A DNA stretch of 64,000 nucleotides from Octopus sinensis (lineage: Eukaryota). Both the position numbers and the translations under genes were made by a program. Below are positions 50,099-61,905 of this stretch, one piece after another. The stretch spans positions 29,636,001-29,700,000 of the forward strand of contig NC_043010.1 of assembly GCF_006345805.1 (NCBI RefSeq), given 5' to 3'. Below the pieces are notes generated by a model that saw nothing but the letters and a program-made list of their open reading frames with translations, had not been told where the DNA came from and did not search any database. Positions within the stretch are counted from its first letter, which is position 1, and each line of letters starts with the position of its first letter.

Positions 50099-52087
50099 CT
50101 AAGAACTGCTGTTTTGCCGAAGTTTCGAAGAAATGCTTTTCGAAGCAGCTTTTTGGCAACATTTAGGTTCCTTCTGCTTATTCTGTTTCAATTCTTGAGA
50201 TGCAGATGTTGAACAGTTTTTAGTAAGTGGACCCCATCTAGGTGATGCCATGGGAAAGCCTCTTGACCAACCATAGTGACTACCCCAGCCTGGAGACATT
50301 GGCGGCAAATAGGTGGAACCCATCAGAGAAGGAATGGCTGCTGGTTGAAACTTCATAGCTGATGAAGACATCTGCATCTGTCGATGTAGATCACTCGCAG
50401 CACCAACATTGCTAGCATCCGGTCCATGCAGGAGCCATAAGCTGTCAAGCCCTGAATCAAGATGTGAACTTGGTGATGTGATACTATTCTCATTGCAAGA
50501 AGATGTTGGCAAAGAACTTGTACCAGAAGATGCCTCTTTCTGAAGTTGTTGCTGTTGTTGTATGCATGCATTCATCCATTTTGAAAACATGCTTGTATTC
50601 TGCTGTTTGCTTGCCATAGACCGTGGGTCTTGCTGAAAAAATATTTCTTCATCCATTGAGCCCTGAACACACACATGGTTATTGAACTGTGACTTCTGTG
50701 AAAACTGTTTTTTGCAAATGCAGCAGAGCAACGGATTTTTATCAGAACTGTTTGATGGTGCTGTAGGCATCTCCACAGCAACACTATTGTTGTTGTTGTT
50801 AGTGTTGTTATTATTGTTGTTGGTGGTGGTAGTATTAGTTTTATCATGATGTTGTGAGCTTGCTTTTGAAGAACAGTAACCATTTTGGTTGTTTGTGGGA
50901 GACTGTTCACTTCTAGTGACTTCCTGAAGAGAATCTATCATATTTGATTTTTTATCCTCATTCTGACATTGCTGTTCTTTCAACAATTTCAAACCATGGG
51001 TTCGCTCATGATTCTTTAAAGTGCTTCTCTGTGAGAAAGCTTTCCCGCAAGTTAAACATACAAATGGTTTTTCCCCAGAGTGAATCCGTTCGTGATTTCG
51101 TAAATTTGTCACTTGACTAAATGCTTTCCCACAGACCAAGCACACATAAGGCTTTTCCCCCGAATGTGTTCGTAAATGGTTTTTCAAATCTGTTCGCTGG
51201 GCAAATGCTTTAGGGCAAACTGTACATGCAAATGGTTTTTCTCTTGTGTGGACGCGTAAATGGTTTCTTAGATCTGTTCGTTGGCTAAATGCTTTTGGGC
51301 ACATCATACAGTGAAAAGGCTTCTCTTTGGTGTGAACCCGTTCATGATTGCGTAAATTTGTCAACTGGCTAAATGCCTTAAGGCAGTAGGAACACGTATA
51401 TGGCTTGATGCCTGTGTGTACCCTTTCGTGACAAGTGAGTTCTGCCTGCTGGGCAAAGGACTTCAGACATACAGAGCAAGTATAAGGTTTTATCCCTGTG
51501 TGAATTCTCTCGTGATTTCGAAGATTGGTCAGCTGGCTGAACGCTTTTGAACACGTTAAGCATTTGTAAGGCCTCTCGCCAGAGTGTATTCGCTCATGAT
51601 TACGTAAGTTCGTGCGCTGGCTGAAGGATTTGGAACACACCAAGCAAATGTATGGCCTCTCCCCACTGTGTATACGTTCGTGATTGCGCAGGTTTGTACG
51701 TTGACTAAATGCCTTTAAGCATACAAGACACACATAGGGTTTCTGACCAGTATGAGTCCTCTCGTGATTTTGGAGGTTCACTTTCTGCGCAAATACTTTT
51801 TCACACGTATTACATTTAAATAATTTAGGTGGAGTGTAAGGCATATTACTGCTTTGTCCACCCACAATCTGATTTGGTGCTTGGCTGGAATTTAGCTTGG
51901 TGTTCATTTTCATAGCTGATGTTTTACAGTTTTGAGAAGTTGACAGGACTGATTCTGAGGAAACCATAGTTGGACTTGAATGAATCAGTTTTGAAGTATC
52001 CTGTTTTAAGTTGGCCGGGGACAATGCAAATGTTCGATTGCAGAAATTTCTTTGGGTAGGCACCCCATATATTGGGAAAGGATACAT
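50099..52087 (-). CDS. C2H2 zinc-finger protein (ZNF-B), 662 aa. 10 tandem fingers (51820-50996), poly-T/N spacer, isolated C-x2-C-x12-H-x-C finger, poly-Q, C-terminal WSRGFP motif
   Basis: Uninterrupted ORF with canonical fingers and linkers; splice acceptor 9 nt upstream of the ATG. Confidence 0.95.
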   Translation of the reverse strand: MYPFPIYGVPTQRNFCNRTFALSPANLKQDTSKLIHSSPTMVSSESVLSTSQNCKTSAMKMNTKLNSSQAPNQIVGGQSSNMPYTPPKLFKCNTCEKVFAQKVNLQNHERTHTGQKPYVCLVCLKAFSQRTNLRNHERIHSGERPYICLVCSKSFSQRTNLRNHERIHSGERPYKCLTCSKAFSQLTNLRNHERIHTGIKPYTCSVCLKSFAQQAELTCHERVHTGIKPYTCSYCLKAFSQLTNLRNHERVHTKEKPFHCMMCPKAFSQRTDLRNHLRVHTREKPFACTVCPKAFAQRTDLKNHLRTHSGEKPYVCLVCGKAFSQVTNLRNHERIHSGEKPFVCLTCGKAFSQRSTLKNHERTHGLKLLKEQQCQNEDKKSNMIDSLQEVTRSEQSPTNNQNGYCSSKASSQHHDKTNTTTTNNNNNNTNNNNNSVAVEMPTAPSNSSDKNPLLCCICKKQFSQKSQFNNHVCVQGSMDEEIFFQQDPRSMASKQQNTSMFSKWMNACIQQQQQLQKEASSGTSSLPTSSCNENSITSPSSHLDSGLDSLWLLHGPDASNVGAASDLHRQMQMSSSAMKFQPAAIPSLMGSTYLPPMSPGWGSHYGWSRGFPMASPRWGPLTKNCSTSASQELKQNKQKEPKCCQKAASKSISSKLRQNSSS

Positions 52088-52096
52088 AGTTATTGT

Positions 52097-52135
52097 CTGA
52101 GAATAGACTAAACTATGAAGAGAAAGAGATAATGT
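52097..52135 (-). promoter_or_regulatory. 3' splice acceptor(s) of the ZNF-B coding exon
   Basis: Minus strand tctctttctcttcatag-tttagtctattctcag|acaataactATG; two AGs 16 nt apart (52113-52114 and 52097-52098). Confidence 0.7.
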
Positions 52136-55080
52136 ATGTGTGTTTTAATCTCAATTTCAGAGAGAGTTTATAACAAAATAGGTATGAAGGCAGTGCCCCA
52201 GCATGGTCTTAGCACTAATGACGAAAATAAAATGAAAAACTACAGGTTGTTATAAATGTAATGTGAAGAAGTTCAATCCCTGAGTATGACCACAAATTCC
52301 TGGTCAAAATGTTACTTATGAAGTATTAATATGTTTATTATGATGTGACTTGATGAGTTGTTTCTTGAGATGGTGATGTAGAAAGCTGTATGTAATGATA
52401 CATGTATGAATATTCAGCAGCTACATATAAGGAATGTTTAAACAATATATTTTCTTCCTCTGATTTCACAACTACATTCAGTTTAGTCTATACAAGCAAT
52501 AATGAGAACCCAAGTTTTATGAGAATAATGGTGGTGGTGGTGGTGGTAATGTGGTGGAAGTTATGCTGATAGTGAAAGGGTATGACTAAGGATTTTTTAT
52601 GTTTATTTTGATCTGTTTTTAAAGCTTCAAATTTAAAGGGTTTTGTTTTCTACTTTTGGTTATGAAAATTCAATAAAGATGGAACATTTAAGAAAAGCTT
52701 CAAGCTATTCAAATATGATTTCACACAAGATCTCCATTGATTAAATTTAGTTATTGAAAGGATGCAACTGGAAATTTCCTTCACTCAAATAAACCAGGTG
52801 AAACCTATATAAGCTCAAAGGAAACTAGTTCCAATACTGAAGATGTCAATGACATCGGTCAAAAAACTTTGCCTTACAGGGAATTCATCATGACACAATT
52901 CATCTCAGCCATATTTTTATACCCTCAGATAAACTCTTTTCACTGATTTGGCTACTTGTAAAATTAACAAGTATTTTTTTTAGTTGAATATTTCTTCTTT
53001 TATCTTTCTTATTTTGTTTCTGGACAATTTATTGATATATCTTCATTTTGTTGCTGTCACATTGAAGATAAATTAAAATGTCACAATATATATAGCAAAT
53101 AGGAGGAACTTGAAAAACATTCAAGTGAAGAAATTTGTACTGTAGGATAAGTTAGTTGACTCCTTTCCAAAACATTCCATTAACATCCACAAGACTGCAA
53201 GATTTAAACTTCCTCTTTCTCATTCATGTTAATTCAAAGCATACAGAGTGACATAGAATATATGAAACCAAAAGCCTCCAAGAAAATCATGAGTTTCAAT
53301 AAGAAACAAACAGCTTAAAGTTGAATATCTGGAGGTCACCAAAATACTATTGTTTGAAATTCAGCTCAGTTCCAAATCTGGTTTACATTTAATCAGTGAG
53401 ATGTGACTAAATTTCCTGCCATCTGATAGAATCATTTGAGAACAATGACCCTAAAGATACAAAATTCCTATTCCATATCTTATTACAGAGTTAAGCTTTT
53501 CATTTATACTTGTTGGAACAGAGGGGGAAAAAGGGTTAAACTTGAAAAAGGCAAAATATTCTGTCACTGTTTATGGTCAAACGTATTTCTGAAATATTCT
53601 GAATAAATGGGCATCAAATGAAATTAGCTAATTTAGGAAGATATTTCTTTGGTATATTATAGAATAAAGAAGACAATGTTTTAATGAAATATGTGAATAA
53701 TCACGAATAAAAATATCTCTAAGATGATTATGAAAATTCTAGCTCAAAATTTTGATTAAAAAAATATAAATTATTTTTAGTCAAATATAGTTAAGTATCC
53801 TCCATTAAATTTTTTTGTGTTATGTAGTCTTGGAGAGATGATACTGTCATGACAAAGTGAAGAACATAATCAGCTCTTTGATAGAGAAGTTGCAAATGTC
53901 TATCATGTAGTTATTGGCAAGGGTCAGAACACCTCAAAATCAAATTCCTTTGAACAATGACAATGATGACAAAATGATTTATAAGAAATTTCTGCTTACA
54001 CAATCAACTAAATATGAGAGAAGCTATTTCTTGAGGTGTATATGTTTATATATAGCGTGTTTATACAGTTTTTCAATCTCAATCTAAATTCTATATGTAT
54101 AAGTTTTTTATGGTTGTTTTTGGAACTTTAATACACTGGTAATAATACCATTCTTTAATTCTGTACATTCTCTCCGTTATATAAATTAATATGTAGAGTG
54201 GGTTATATTTTGACTTTTTCTGAGAATATACCTCTATACATACACACACATATATATATATATATTGATATGTATACCAATCAAAGTAGTTCTGAAGGTG
54301 CTATAGTCAGTAGAGAGTTGGTTTTCAATAGAATTTCAAAATGCAAGTAATGGAATTTGTGAAGCAGAAGTAGCATTAGCACTGCAGTAGAATTGCAGTC
54401 ATACAGATCAGGGTTCAAATACAATCAGAGACAATTTTGATTTCATCTTTCACAAATTAATTGGTAGTACATTCATCTAATTTTACATAGTCATAGTGAC
54501 TTGAAACTTGAGTAGCAAAAAAAAACCCCTCAATTCAATTTAAATAAACAATATACTCTATGTCATGTATTGAGTACTCTCTGTTTCATTTATGCATTGT
54601 AACATTTCCAAGTGCATGTGTGCATATATATACATATATATATATATACACATACACATATATATGTGTGTGTGTGTGTACACTGAGCTGTTAGTCAAAT
54701 CATCTACTGACAGGACTATCAGTCATTTTTCTTTTGAGGAAGAAGAAGCTAAGGGAACAAAAATACATTCAATCAGATTTGCTTGGTACTGGAGCATAAT
54801 AAGGTCCAACAGTAGCTGACATCCATTGTGAATTGAATCAGTAAAACTGGTTGAGTGACATCCATAGTGTAACTTGGATGACAGAATGTAGGATCTTCAG
54901 GATTCCTTTAAAAATAGGCCTAAGAAGAGAGAAAAAGATAAGGATCAGTGTTAATCAAATCGTGCAGAACATATTTCAAATTACTGTCAGTTATAATCAC
55001 AGTATTGTATTTGTATTAAAGTGTGTGAAATTAAGTGTGGTTGTGTATTAATTTAATGTATGTGTGTTCTTTAGTATCTG

Positions 55081-55231
55081 TTGGCATTAGGAAGGGCATC
55101 CAGCTGTAGAAACATTGCCAAATTAGACTGGAGCCTGGTGCAGCCTTCTGGCTTCCCAGAACCCCGGTCGAACCGTCCAACCCATGCTAGCATGGAGAAC
55201 GGACGTTAAACGACGATGATGATGATGATGA
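55081..55231 (+). mobile_element. 5'-truncated family C retroposon with (GAT)n tail and 18-bp TSD
   Basis: tgtgttctttagtatctg at 55063-55080 and 55232-55249. Confidence 0.9.
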
Positions 55232-56899
55232 TGTGTTCTTTAGTATCTGTGAATAATCTAATGTACTTTTGTGTGTATGTGTATACACAGTAGTGAGTGA
55301 GTGCAGGTGTCTGCAGCTATAAAAGTCACAAAGATAAACAACAGGTTTATCAGGTCACTAAGATTTTAGATTAACAAGTCAAAAGTCAACAGTTCAAATA
55401 TTCTCAATCCACTACACTTTGTACATGCTTCATCTTCTGATCCATTAGTACACTAACTCCTCTCTCCGCCTTTTCTACTGCTACTATAATAGCCTCTGCT
55501 TCTCAGATCTGGCTGGGCTCAACCCACTTCCACTCACATGAACTCGGTTCATATTTCCTCCTTTCTTCACCCTCAAACTGCTCCAAACCACCCCCTGGTC
55601 CCACACTTAGTCACTATACTCAATCTTTCTTCTCCATAATGTCATAGCTCTGGAATTTCTTTCTGTCTCTTGTCTTTTCCACAGACATTATTAACCTAAA
55701 AAGGATCAAGAGAAACATTAACAGCATCCACCTCACTGGTCTTGTAGGGCCTGCAAAAATGGGATACAGCCCCTTTTTCCAAACTCAGTAGCTTAAGAAG
55801 TAAAAATACACACACACACACACACAGAGTCCATCTGGATTTAGTCAATGGTAAAAGGACAGCAGTGATGGGTTTTTGTTTTTTTACATAGACCCAAAGA
55901 TGGGGAAGCATAATGAAGGAGAAAATTTTTCTTAAACTAAAAATCTAGCTCAAATGCTTGCAACATCGTGAACACTGCTAAAGAAACCCAATAACCAGGC
56001 CATGATTTTTCAACAGATTAAATCTACAATCCAAAAACCAAAGCATTCACAACAAAGTTTTGGTCAATCTAAGACTAAGGTGGAAGACACTTAAATGTCT
56101 AAAAGTAGCTAGAATTCAGTAAAAGTAATACATATTTTGGTAGCTTCAGTGCTAAGTACAAATTCTTCATGTAGGATGAAATCAACCAGGTCAATCTATC
56201 ATGGATGCTACATGAATCCAAAGCTATTCATGTACCGCCTTCTTATGGTGAATTGAATTCTATAATTACAGATGCACCACATATCCTGTTAATCATATAA
56301 GATCTATATGCAGGGTTGCCAGATCAATTTTATGAAAAGTAGAACAAAATTTTCAAAAAGTGACAGACTGTATCACAATTTAACCCAAAATGAAAATTTT
56401 GCTAATAAATAAAATACAGAATGATTGCCTGTAAGTGAATTTTAATTTACCTAGTTCATATTTTGATATGACATTCTATAGGATTCTTAACTGTAACCCT
56501 TTAGCATTTAAATTGGCCATATCCATCCTAAATATTCCGACCACATCTGGCCTCTCACACCTACCCTACAATGTCGTCTAAAAATAAACGATCATGTCAT
56601 CAAAATCTTGAAGCTATATGATAATGCATGATTAATTCAAAATAATATGAATAAATAAGCATTACATTTGGCAGAATAATCTGTATAAAACCCAGCAAAA
56701 CCAGAACAAATACCAAAAGACATTTTGTCCAACAATGATGATTCTGCCAAACAACAGCCTACAAATTAAGGAAGAAAATACTTGGTTATATTGACCCCAG
56801 AGTTTGACTGGTACTTATTTTATTGACCCAAGGAAGATAAAAGGCAAAGGAGACCTTGACAGGATCTAAATTTAAAACATATCAAAAGATATTCATTCT

Positions 56900-57530
56900 G
56901 GAATTATATAATCTGCCAATTTGTTCCAATAATGGAACAAAACTAAAGGAAGTCAGTGATTTTAAGTACCTTGTATCTTATTTTACTGACAGTAAGAAAG
57001 ACTTTCTTACACACAAGGAACAAGTTTTAAGTGCTTGTAACATGGTTCAAAACATCTACCAATCAAATATTTTGGTTAACAAGGCTTGCCTTCAAAGCAT
57101 ATGCACAGAGCATTCTTCTCTATTGAGCAGAAATCTAGTTAAAAAAAAAGTATCTTTAAGATCCTGATAATTGTATGTACACCAAGCTTCTGATGAGGGC
57201 TCAAAACATCAAACGGCATAAGCACAAGATCAAAGAGGAGATTTATGGACACATTTCATCTACCTTTGCTATTGTTGCCCAACATGGGATAGGCTTTATA
57301 CAGGCTTTACTGGCCACTGTTTTTGTGCTGAACAACAGGCCCTGTCAGATGTTACATGTCAGTGACTTCTGTAACCTAATAAAGAATGAAGAACAATCAA
57401 CTACATTGATGTTATCAGCAGAAACACACAGCATGAAATTAAAGATCTCCCAAAGCTAATAATGGTGGGGATCAGACATTCCTGGTACAGGGTCTTGGTT
57501 GTAACTGCAAGAAGTTCTGGTAACTGAATC
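56900..57530 (+). pseudogene. Decayed non-LTR RT C-terminal region (RTE/RTEX-like)
   Basis: GTKLKEVSDFKYLVSYFTDSKKDF...ACN and YTKLLMRAQNI...EIYG resemble DFKYLGS...W..CN / YTRLL..AQNI.W. Confidence 0.7.
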
Positions 57531-57799
57531 TGTAGTAGATCAAGAGAATGAATTCTAGGTCTGGAAGCAAAACCTAGAGTCAAGAGGCCTCAAAAGTACA
57601 TTTCACAAGGACTAAAGTATTAGTAAATAGGCAGAAAGATAGGACTTTGATAACATTAAGGAAATGACTGATCCATATGAGGAAAGCACTAGGCAGAAGT
57701 CTATAAGATGTACTCAGTGTAAACTACAGATGCACAAGAAATAGGATCACTGATAGGCTGATAGAAACAATGAATTTCATGTGTGGCAGACAGACAGGA

Positions 57800-58140
57800 A
57801 CAATATGCACTAAGAGTTCACAGGAAATAAATTTTCACTAAAATGGTTAATCTGGTCGAACTGAGAGTTCCCCATTTAAGATAACATGGATGCTGCTCAA
57901 ACTTGAAAGACTGACCAATGCAAACATTTCCTTGAGAAATTTGAAGATGCAGAAAGCAGAACACTATCCAATCAAAGTTGGATGTCGAGGAAGCAGTATG
58001 AAGTGATGGTTGTTGTCAAGGATTGCTAAGCCTAACTCAATGTAAAATAAATAATGTCATGAGCACTATCCAAGCTACAGTGAAAAAGGCAAGCCACTGG
58101 ATATGGTTAAAAAGAGATGATATTGAAGAGAATATTGAGT
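57800..58140 (+). pseudogene. Decayed non-LTR element with a restriction-like endonuclease (HERO/NeSL-like)
   Basis: VNLVELRVP...HYPIKVGCRG...ASHWIWLKRDD resembles the ELTVPWE / PVEVGCRGF / AS.W.W.KR pattern recalled for this clade. Confidence 0.55.
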
Positions 58141-58471
58141 GAAGACTAGTAGCCACTTGATCTAGCAAGTGAGGCCTCACCTTAATTGGGCAAGGCAGGT
58201 GTGCAACAATGACATCAAGAGAAAGGGTCCATAAGCCTGTTGGTGTCCCATATATGGAGCTTTCAACTGGTAGCACTTACATCTGCATGTTGTTTGCAAA
58301 TAATATATCCTGATTTTAGTTTTTAAAATTGTTAAATATCACTCCGCTTCCTTAAGGATCATATCTTGAAATCTGTAATCATATTTTACAATTTCCATAA
58401 GTGCACAATTCCTTAACCAAAGTTTCTATAACACAGGGAATCCTCACAGTTTTGTCACCATTATATAGTAT

Positions 58472-58867
58472 TAGATAGATAGATATGGCACACCATCGGT
58501 TATGACGACGAGTGTTCCAATCGATCCGATCAATGGAACAGCCTGCTCATGAAATTAACGTGCAAGTGGCTGAGCACTCCACAGACACTTGTACCCTTAA
58601 CGTAGTTCTCGGGGAGATTCAGCGTGACACAGAGTGTGACAAGGCTGGCCCCTTTGAAATACAGGTACAACAGAAACAGGAAGAAAAAGTGAAAGAAAGG
58701 TGTGGTGAAAGAGTACAACAGGGTTCACCACCACCCCCTGCTGGAGTCTTGAGGAGCTTTAGGTGTTTTCACTCAATAAACACTCACAACGCCCGGTCTG
58801 GGAATCAAAACCGTGATCCTAAGACCGTGAGTCCGCTGCCCTAACCACTGGGTCATTGCGCCTCCAC
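58472..58867 (-). mobile_element. tRNA-derived SINE, family D, near full length
   Basis: Minus-strand head gtggaggcgcaatgacccagtggttagggcagcggactcacgg...ggttttgattccc (A and B boxes); (TATC)n-like tail. Confidence 0.85.
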
Positions 58868-60984
58868 TATTATACAGTATACTACCACAACTATAAACGC
58901 TACCACTCATACTACAACCATAACATATACTTCCACATCAGTTACAATTATAAACTATATATAATGTTCTCAAAGTGTGTGGAGACTCCCTGTGTAGGGA
59001 GCATCTACATAGTTCAACAAGATTAGCAGCTTGACAAAAGTGATAAAATAAAGTACCAGCCTTAAAAGTAGTAGGGTCAATCTGTTTGAGTAAAAACCTT
59101 TGAGGTGGTACCCCGTCACAGTTGCAGGCTAATGACTAAAACAAGTAAAAGATAGATCTGAATGCACAGACCTGGCGAAGGAGATACTGATGAACTTATC
59201 ATTGTTCATTCATTCACACACAGACACATGTATGTAAGTATACATACGGAAGTACTCTGTAGCTGTGTGGGGAAAGAGAGAGAGAGAGAGGGAGAGGGGT
59301 GACTGACTTGTATACGTTGATAATTATCTCATATCATGAAGAAAAGGCAAAAGTAAAATCGCTTTGAGGCTACCTGGGTAACATTTGCATACACTACATG
59401 GTGTTATTTTACATGGAAAGTGAACTGAAGAGCATAAATCTAAAATATTCAACTCAAATATTGGGTTGCATTAGTGTAATATGGATAATAATGATGTGAG
59501 CCTGCAATGTGTAAGACATGAAATTCATTTAGTAATGTGGCTCAGAGGTTCAGATATCCAGGAGCTTGAGAGAGGAGGGAATTACCCTTATTCCCACATC
59601 CGCTCTGGCCCAGGGTGTCAGTATTTGACAAAGGCCCCAGTTATGGGTTAAATAGCAAAAGACAGTCCTGTAAATAAAGCATTAAGAATTCATAGGAGAG
59701 CTGACCCCTAAACAATACTTAGACAATCCTACAAGTTTGTGGACATGCCCTAATATCACATGAACAAGTTCATTTTCTTAAGGGTTGAATAGGCCCTGTG
59801 TACATCAAGAATAAACTACGGAGAGTAGGAGATTAGCAGAGTAAACTGTAAACTGGTATAAGGTAACAAGAAGCCACTGCTGTATTTTTCCCAAGAAAAA
59901 TCATACTTCAAACTTTGGCATGGAGTTCCATGATTGCTGATGTCTGTAAAACAGGCATGGCAATAGAAATAAAGTGTCTGAGTTTAAACTCAGACAAACC
60001 CAACCACAGATTCATCATCATCATAATTTGAAGTCCATTTTCATTGCTGCCATGGGTTGGACTGTTTGACAGGATCTGATAAGCTGCAGGGCTGCATCAA
60101 ACTCCAATGTTGACTCTGGTATGGCTTCTATCACTGAATGCCCTTGTGCTAACCACTTTATAGTGTGAACAGGCTGTATTTTTCATGCAACCAGCACTAG
60201 TGAGGTCACCAGATAAGTTGTAAGACAAGGAAGGAAAAAGGGAAAAGGAAAAGTCTACTGAGAGTGGGAGTGCGGTTACATGACAGGTGTTCAGGGACTA
60301 AAAACTAAAAAGTATGACTGCCAACAACCTAGATGCCTTGCTACAGAAGAGATATATGGCTACTACAACATTGTATAGAGGTGGGTGGGAGTAGCTGGAA
60401 AGGAGGTAGAGATGGTAGTGATTAGATGCCAGAGCCTCAAGATACAAAGTGGTGTGTGGTGGGGGAGAGTTGCAGATAGTCAGAAATGTGGGTAGATTTG
60501 AATGTAGTGAATGATGAACAAAGGTAGAAATGTGGTTTGGGAAATACCTGAATGGAGAATGGGGTGGTAAAGTAAAGGGAACAGAAGGAGTTCAAGAAGG
60601 TGAACAGATCCGAAAGCAGGGGAATGATAAGCAAGGTGTAGGAGAAGTGGGAAGGGAGGTGTAGAGGTACAAAGGTTAGTTATAGAAAGTGGGTCATGAA
60701 GGCAGATATGAGAGGGTGTGGAGAATGATAGCAGATGTAAAGGAGAGACAGTTGAAGGTACAGAAAGGAGGTGATGACCAGTAGAAAGGGATGATAATGA
60801 GAGACAGAAGTGGTTCTAGGAGTGAAGGAATTGGAAGGGGAGCATGTAATATATCAATTGTGATCAAGTGGCTACATAGGTAAAGTGATGGGTGTTAGAG
60901 GTTGATATACTGAGGAATGCTTGGCAGGGCAGAGGAGGCGGGGCAGTGCCCTTCTATTGCCTTAAGCAATAACCAAGGCATAAA

Positions 60985-61905
60985 ATCATAACCAAGGTAG
61001 TTTTACGACATCATTTTTGTGATGGATGTGTCTTCTAAAGCACAGCATGTAGCCAATCATCTCAGTTCTCTGTCATCTCCTCTCTAAGGTTCAGCATCTT
61101 GAGATCAGCCTTCAATACCTCATCCCATGTCTCCCACAAGTTTCACCCACTTAAAGCATCTTCTTTTTACAGATCTGCTCATCCATATGTATCACATGAC
61201 CAAACCAGCAAAGTCTCTCTTGCACATAACAGCTGAGTCCCCTAATGCCTAATTTTTCTCTCAATCCATTAGCACTTTGTTGCACATGCATACTAATATC
61301 ATACATCCATCAGAACATACAGCTTCATTCTTCTCTAGTTTACACGACCTTAGCATTCAGAGTACACAATGCTTGTGTACAAGCATTGCTGTTTGGACAC
61401 AAGTATCATACGGTATGTTTTTCACTTACCAACAGAGGTAATAATGCTCTCCAAACTTTCTCCATCCTGTCCTTATTCTAGCACTATATTTTCAAAACAT
61501 CTTCCTCCACTGCTAATTATGCCACCTAAGTAACAGAAACTATGTATTGCTTCAAGTGCATTCTCATGTATCTTTAGTGTTTATAGCTCCTATCCATATA
61601 CAAATACCACTTTCTCCATTAATGTTCTTAAGACTCCGCTGCACCCCTTGTGTGACCATAGCTGACACTGGGTAACCATATGTAAATTCCTGTCTACGCC
61701 TTTTCTACATATCAAAAGAGCCATTTACCAGAAGAGAGTGGGGTCCTATCTGTTTCCTTGCTTATAGAACTTTGGTTTCAGCTAAGTTAACTTTAAGACC
61801 CTTTGATTCAATGTTTTGCTTCTATATGTTGTTTCTTTTCTAACTCAATTAAAGATTGTTGTATGAGAATAAAGTCATCAGCTTATAGTGGTTCCCAAAG
61901 GCAAT
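60985..61905 (-). pseudogene. RTE-clade LINE RT remnant
   Basis: Minus strand: CLWEPL*ADDFIL (decayed YADD), then FCYLG-like and GW.KF.ELLPLL-like segments; many stops. Confidence 0.8.

Noticed and set aside
50099-50101. ZNF-B UAG stop as an A-to-I readthrough site
   Set aside because: A second stop (TGA) follows two codons later, so the extension would be trivial; no editing data.
55430-55680. Pyrimidine-rich stretch with a weak GLN-ending frame like a Penelope endonuclease end
   Set aside because: Too degenerate to call.
57185-57215. CTGATGAG...AAAAC
   Set aside because: Lies within LINE coding sequence (KLLMRAQN); no stems.
60380-60940. Purine-skewed stretch with DLFTFLNSFCSLYFT on the minus strand, resembling Penelope RT
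   Set aside because: One weak motif only; cannot be assigned to a family.
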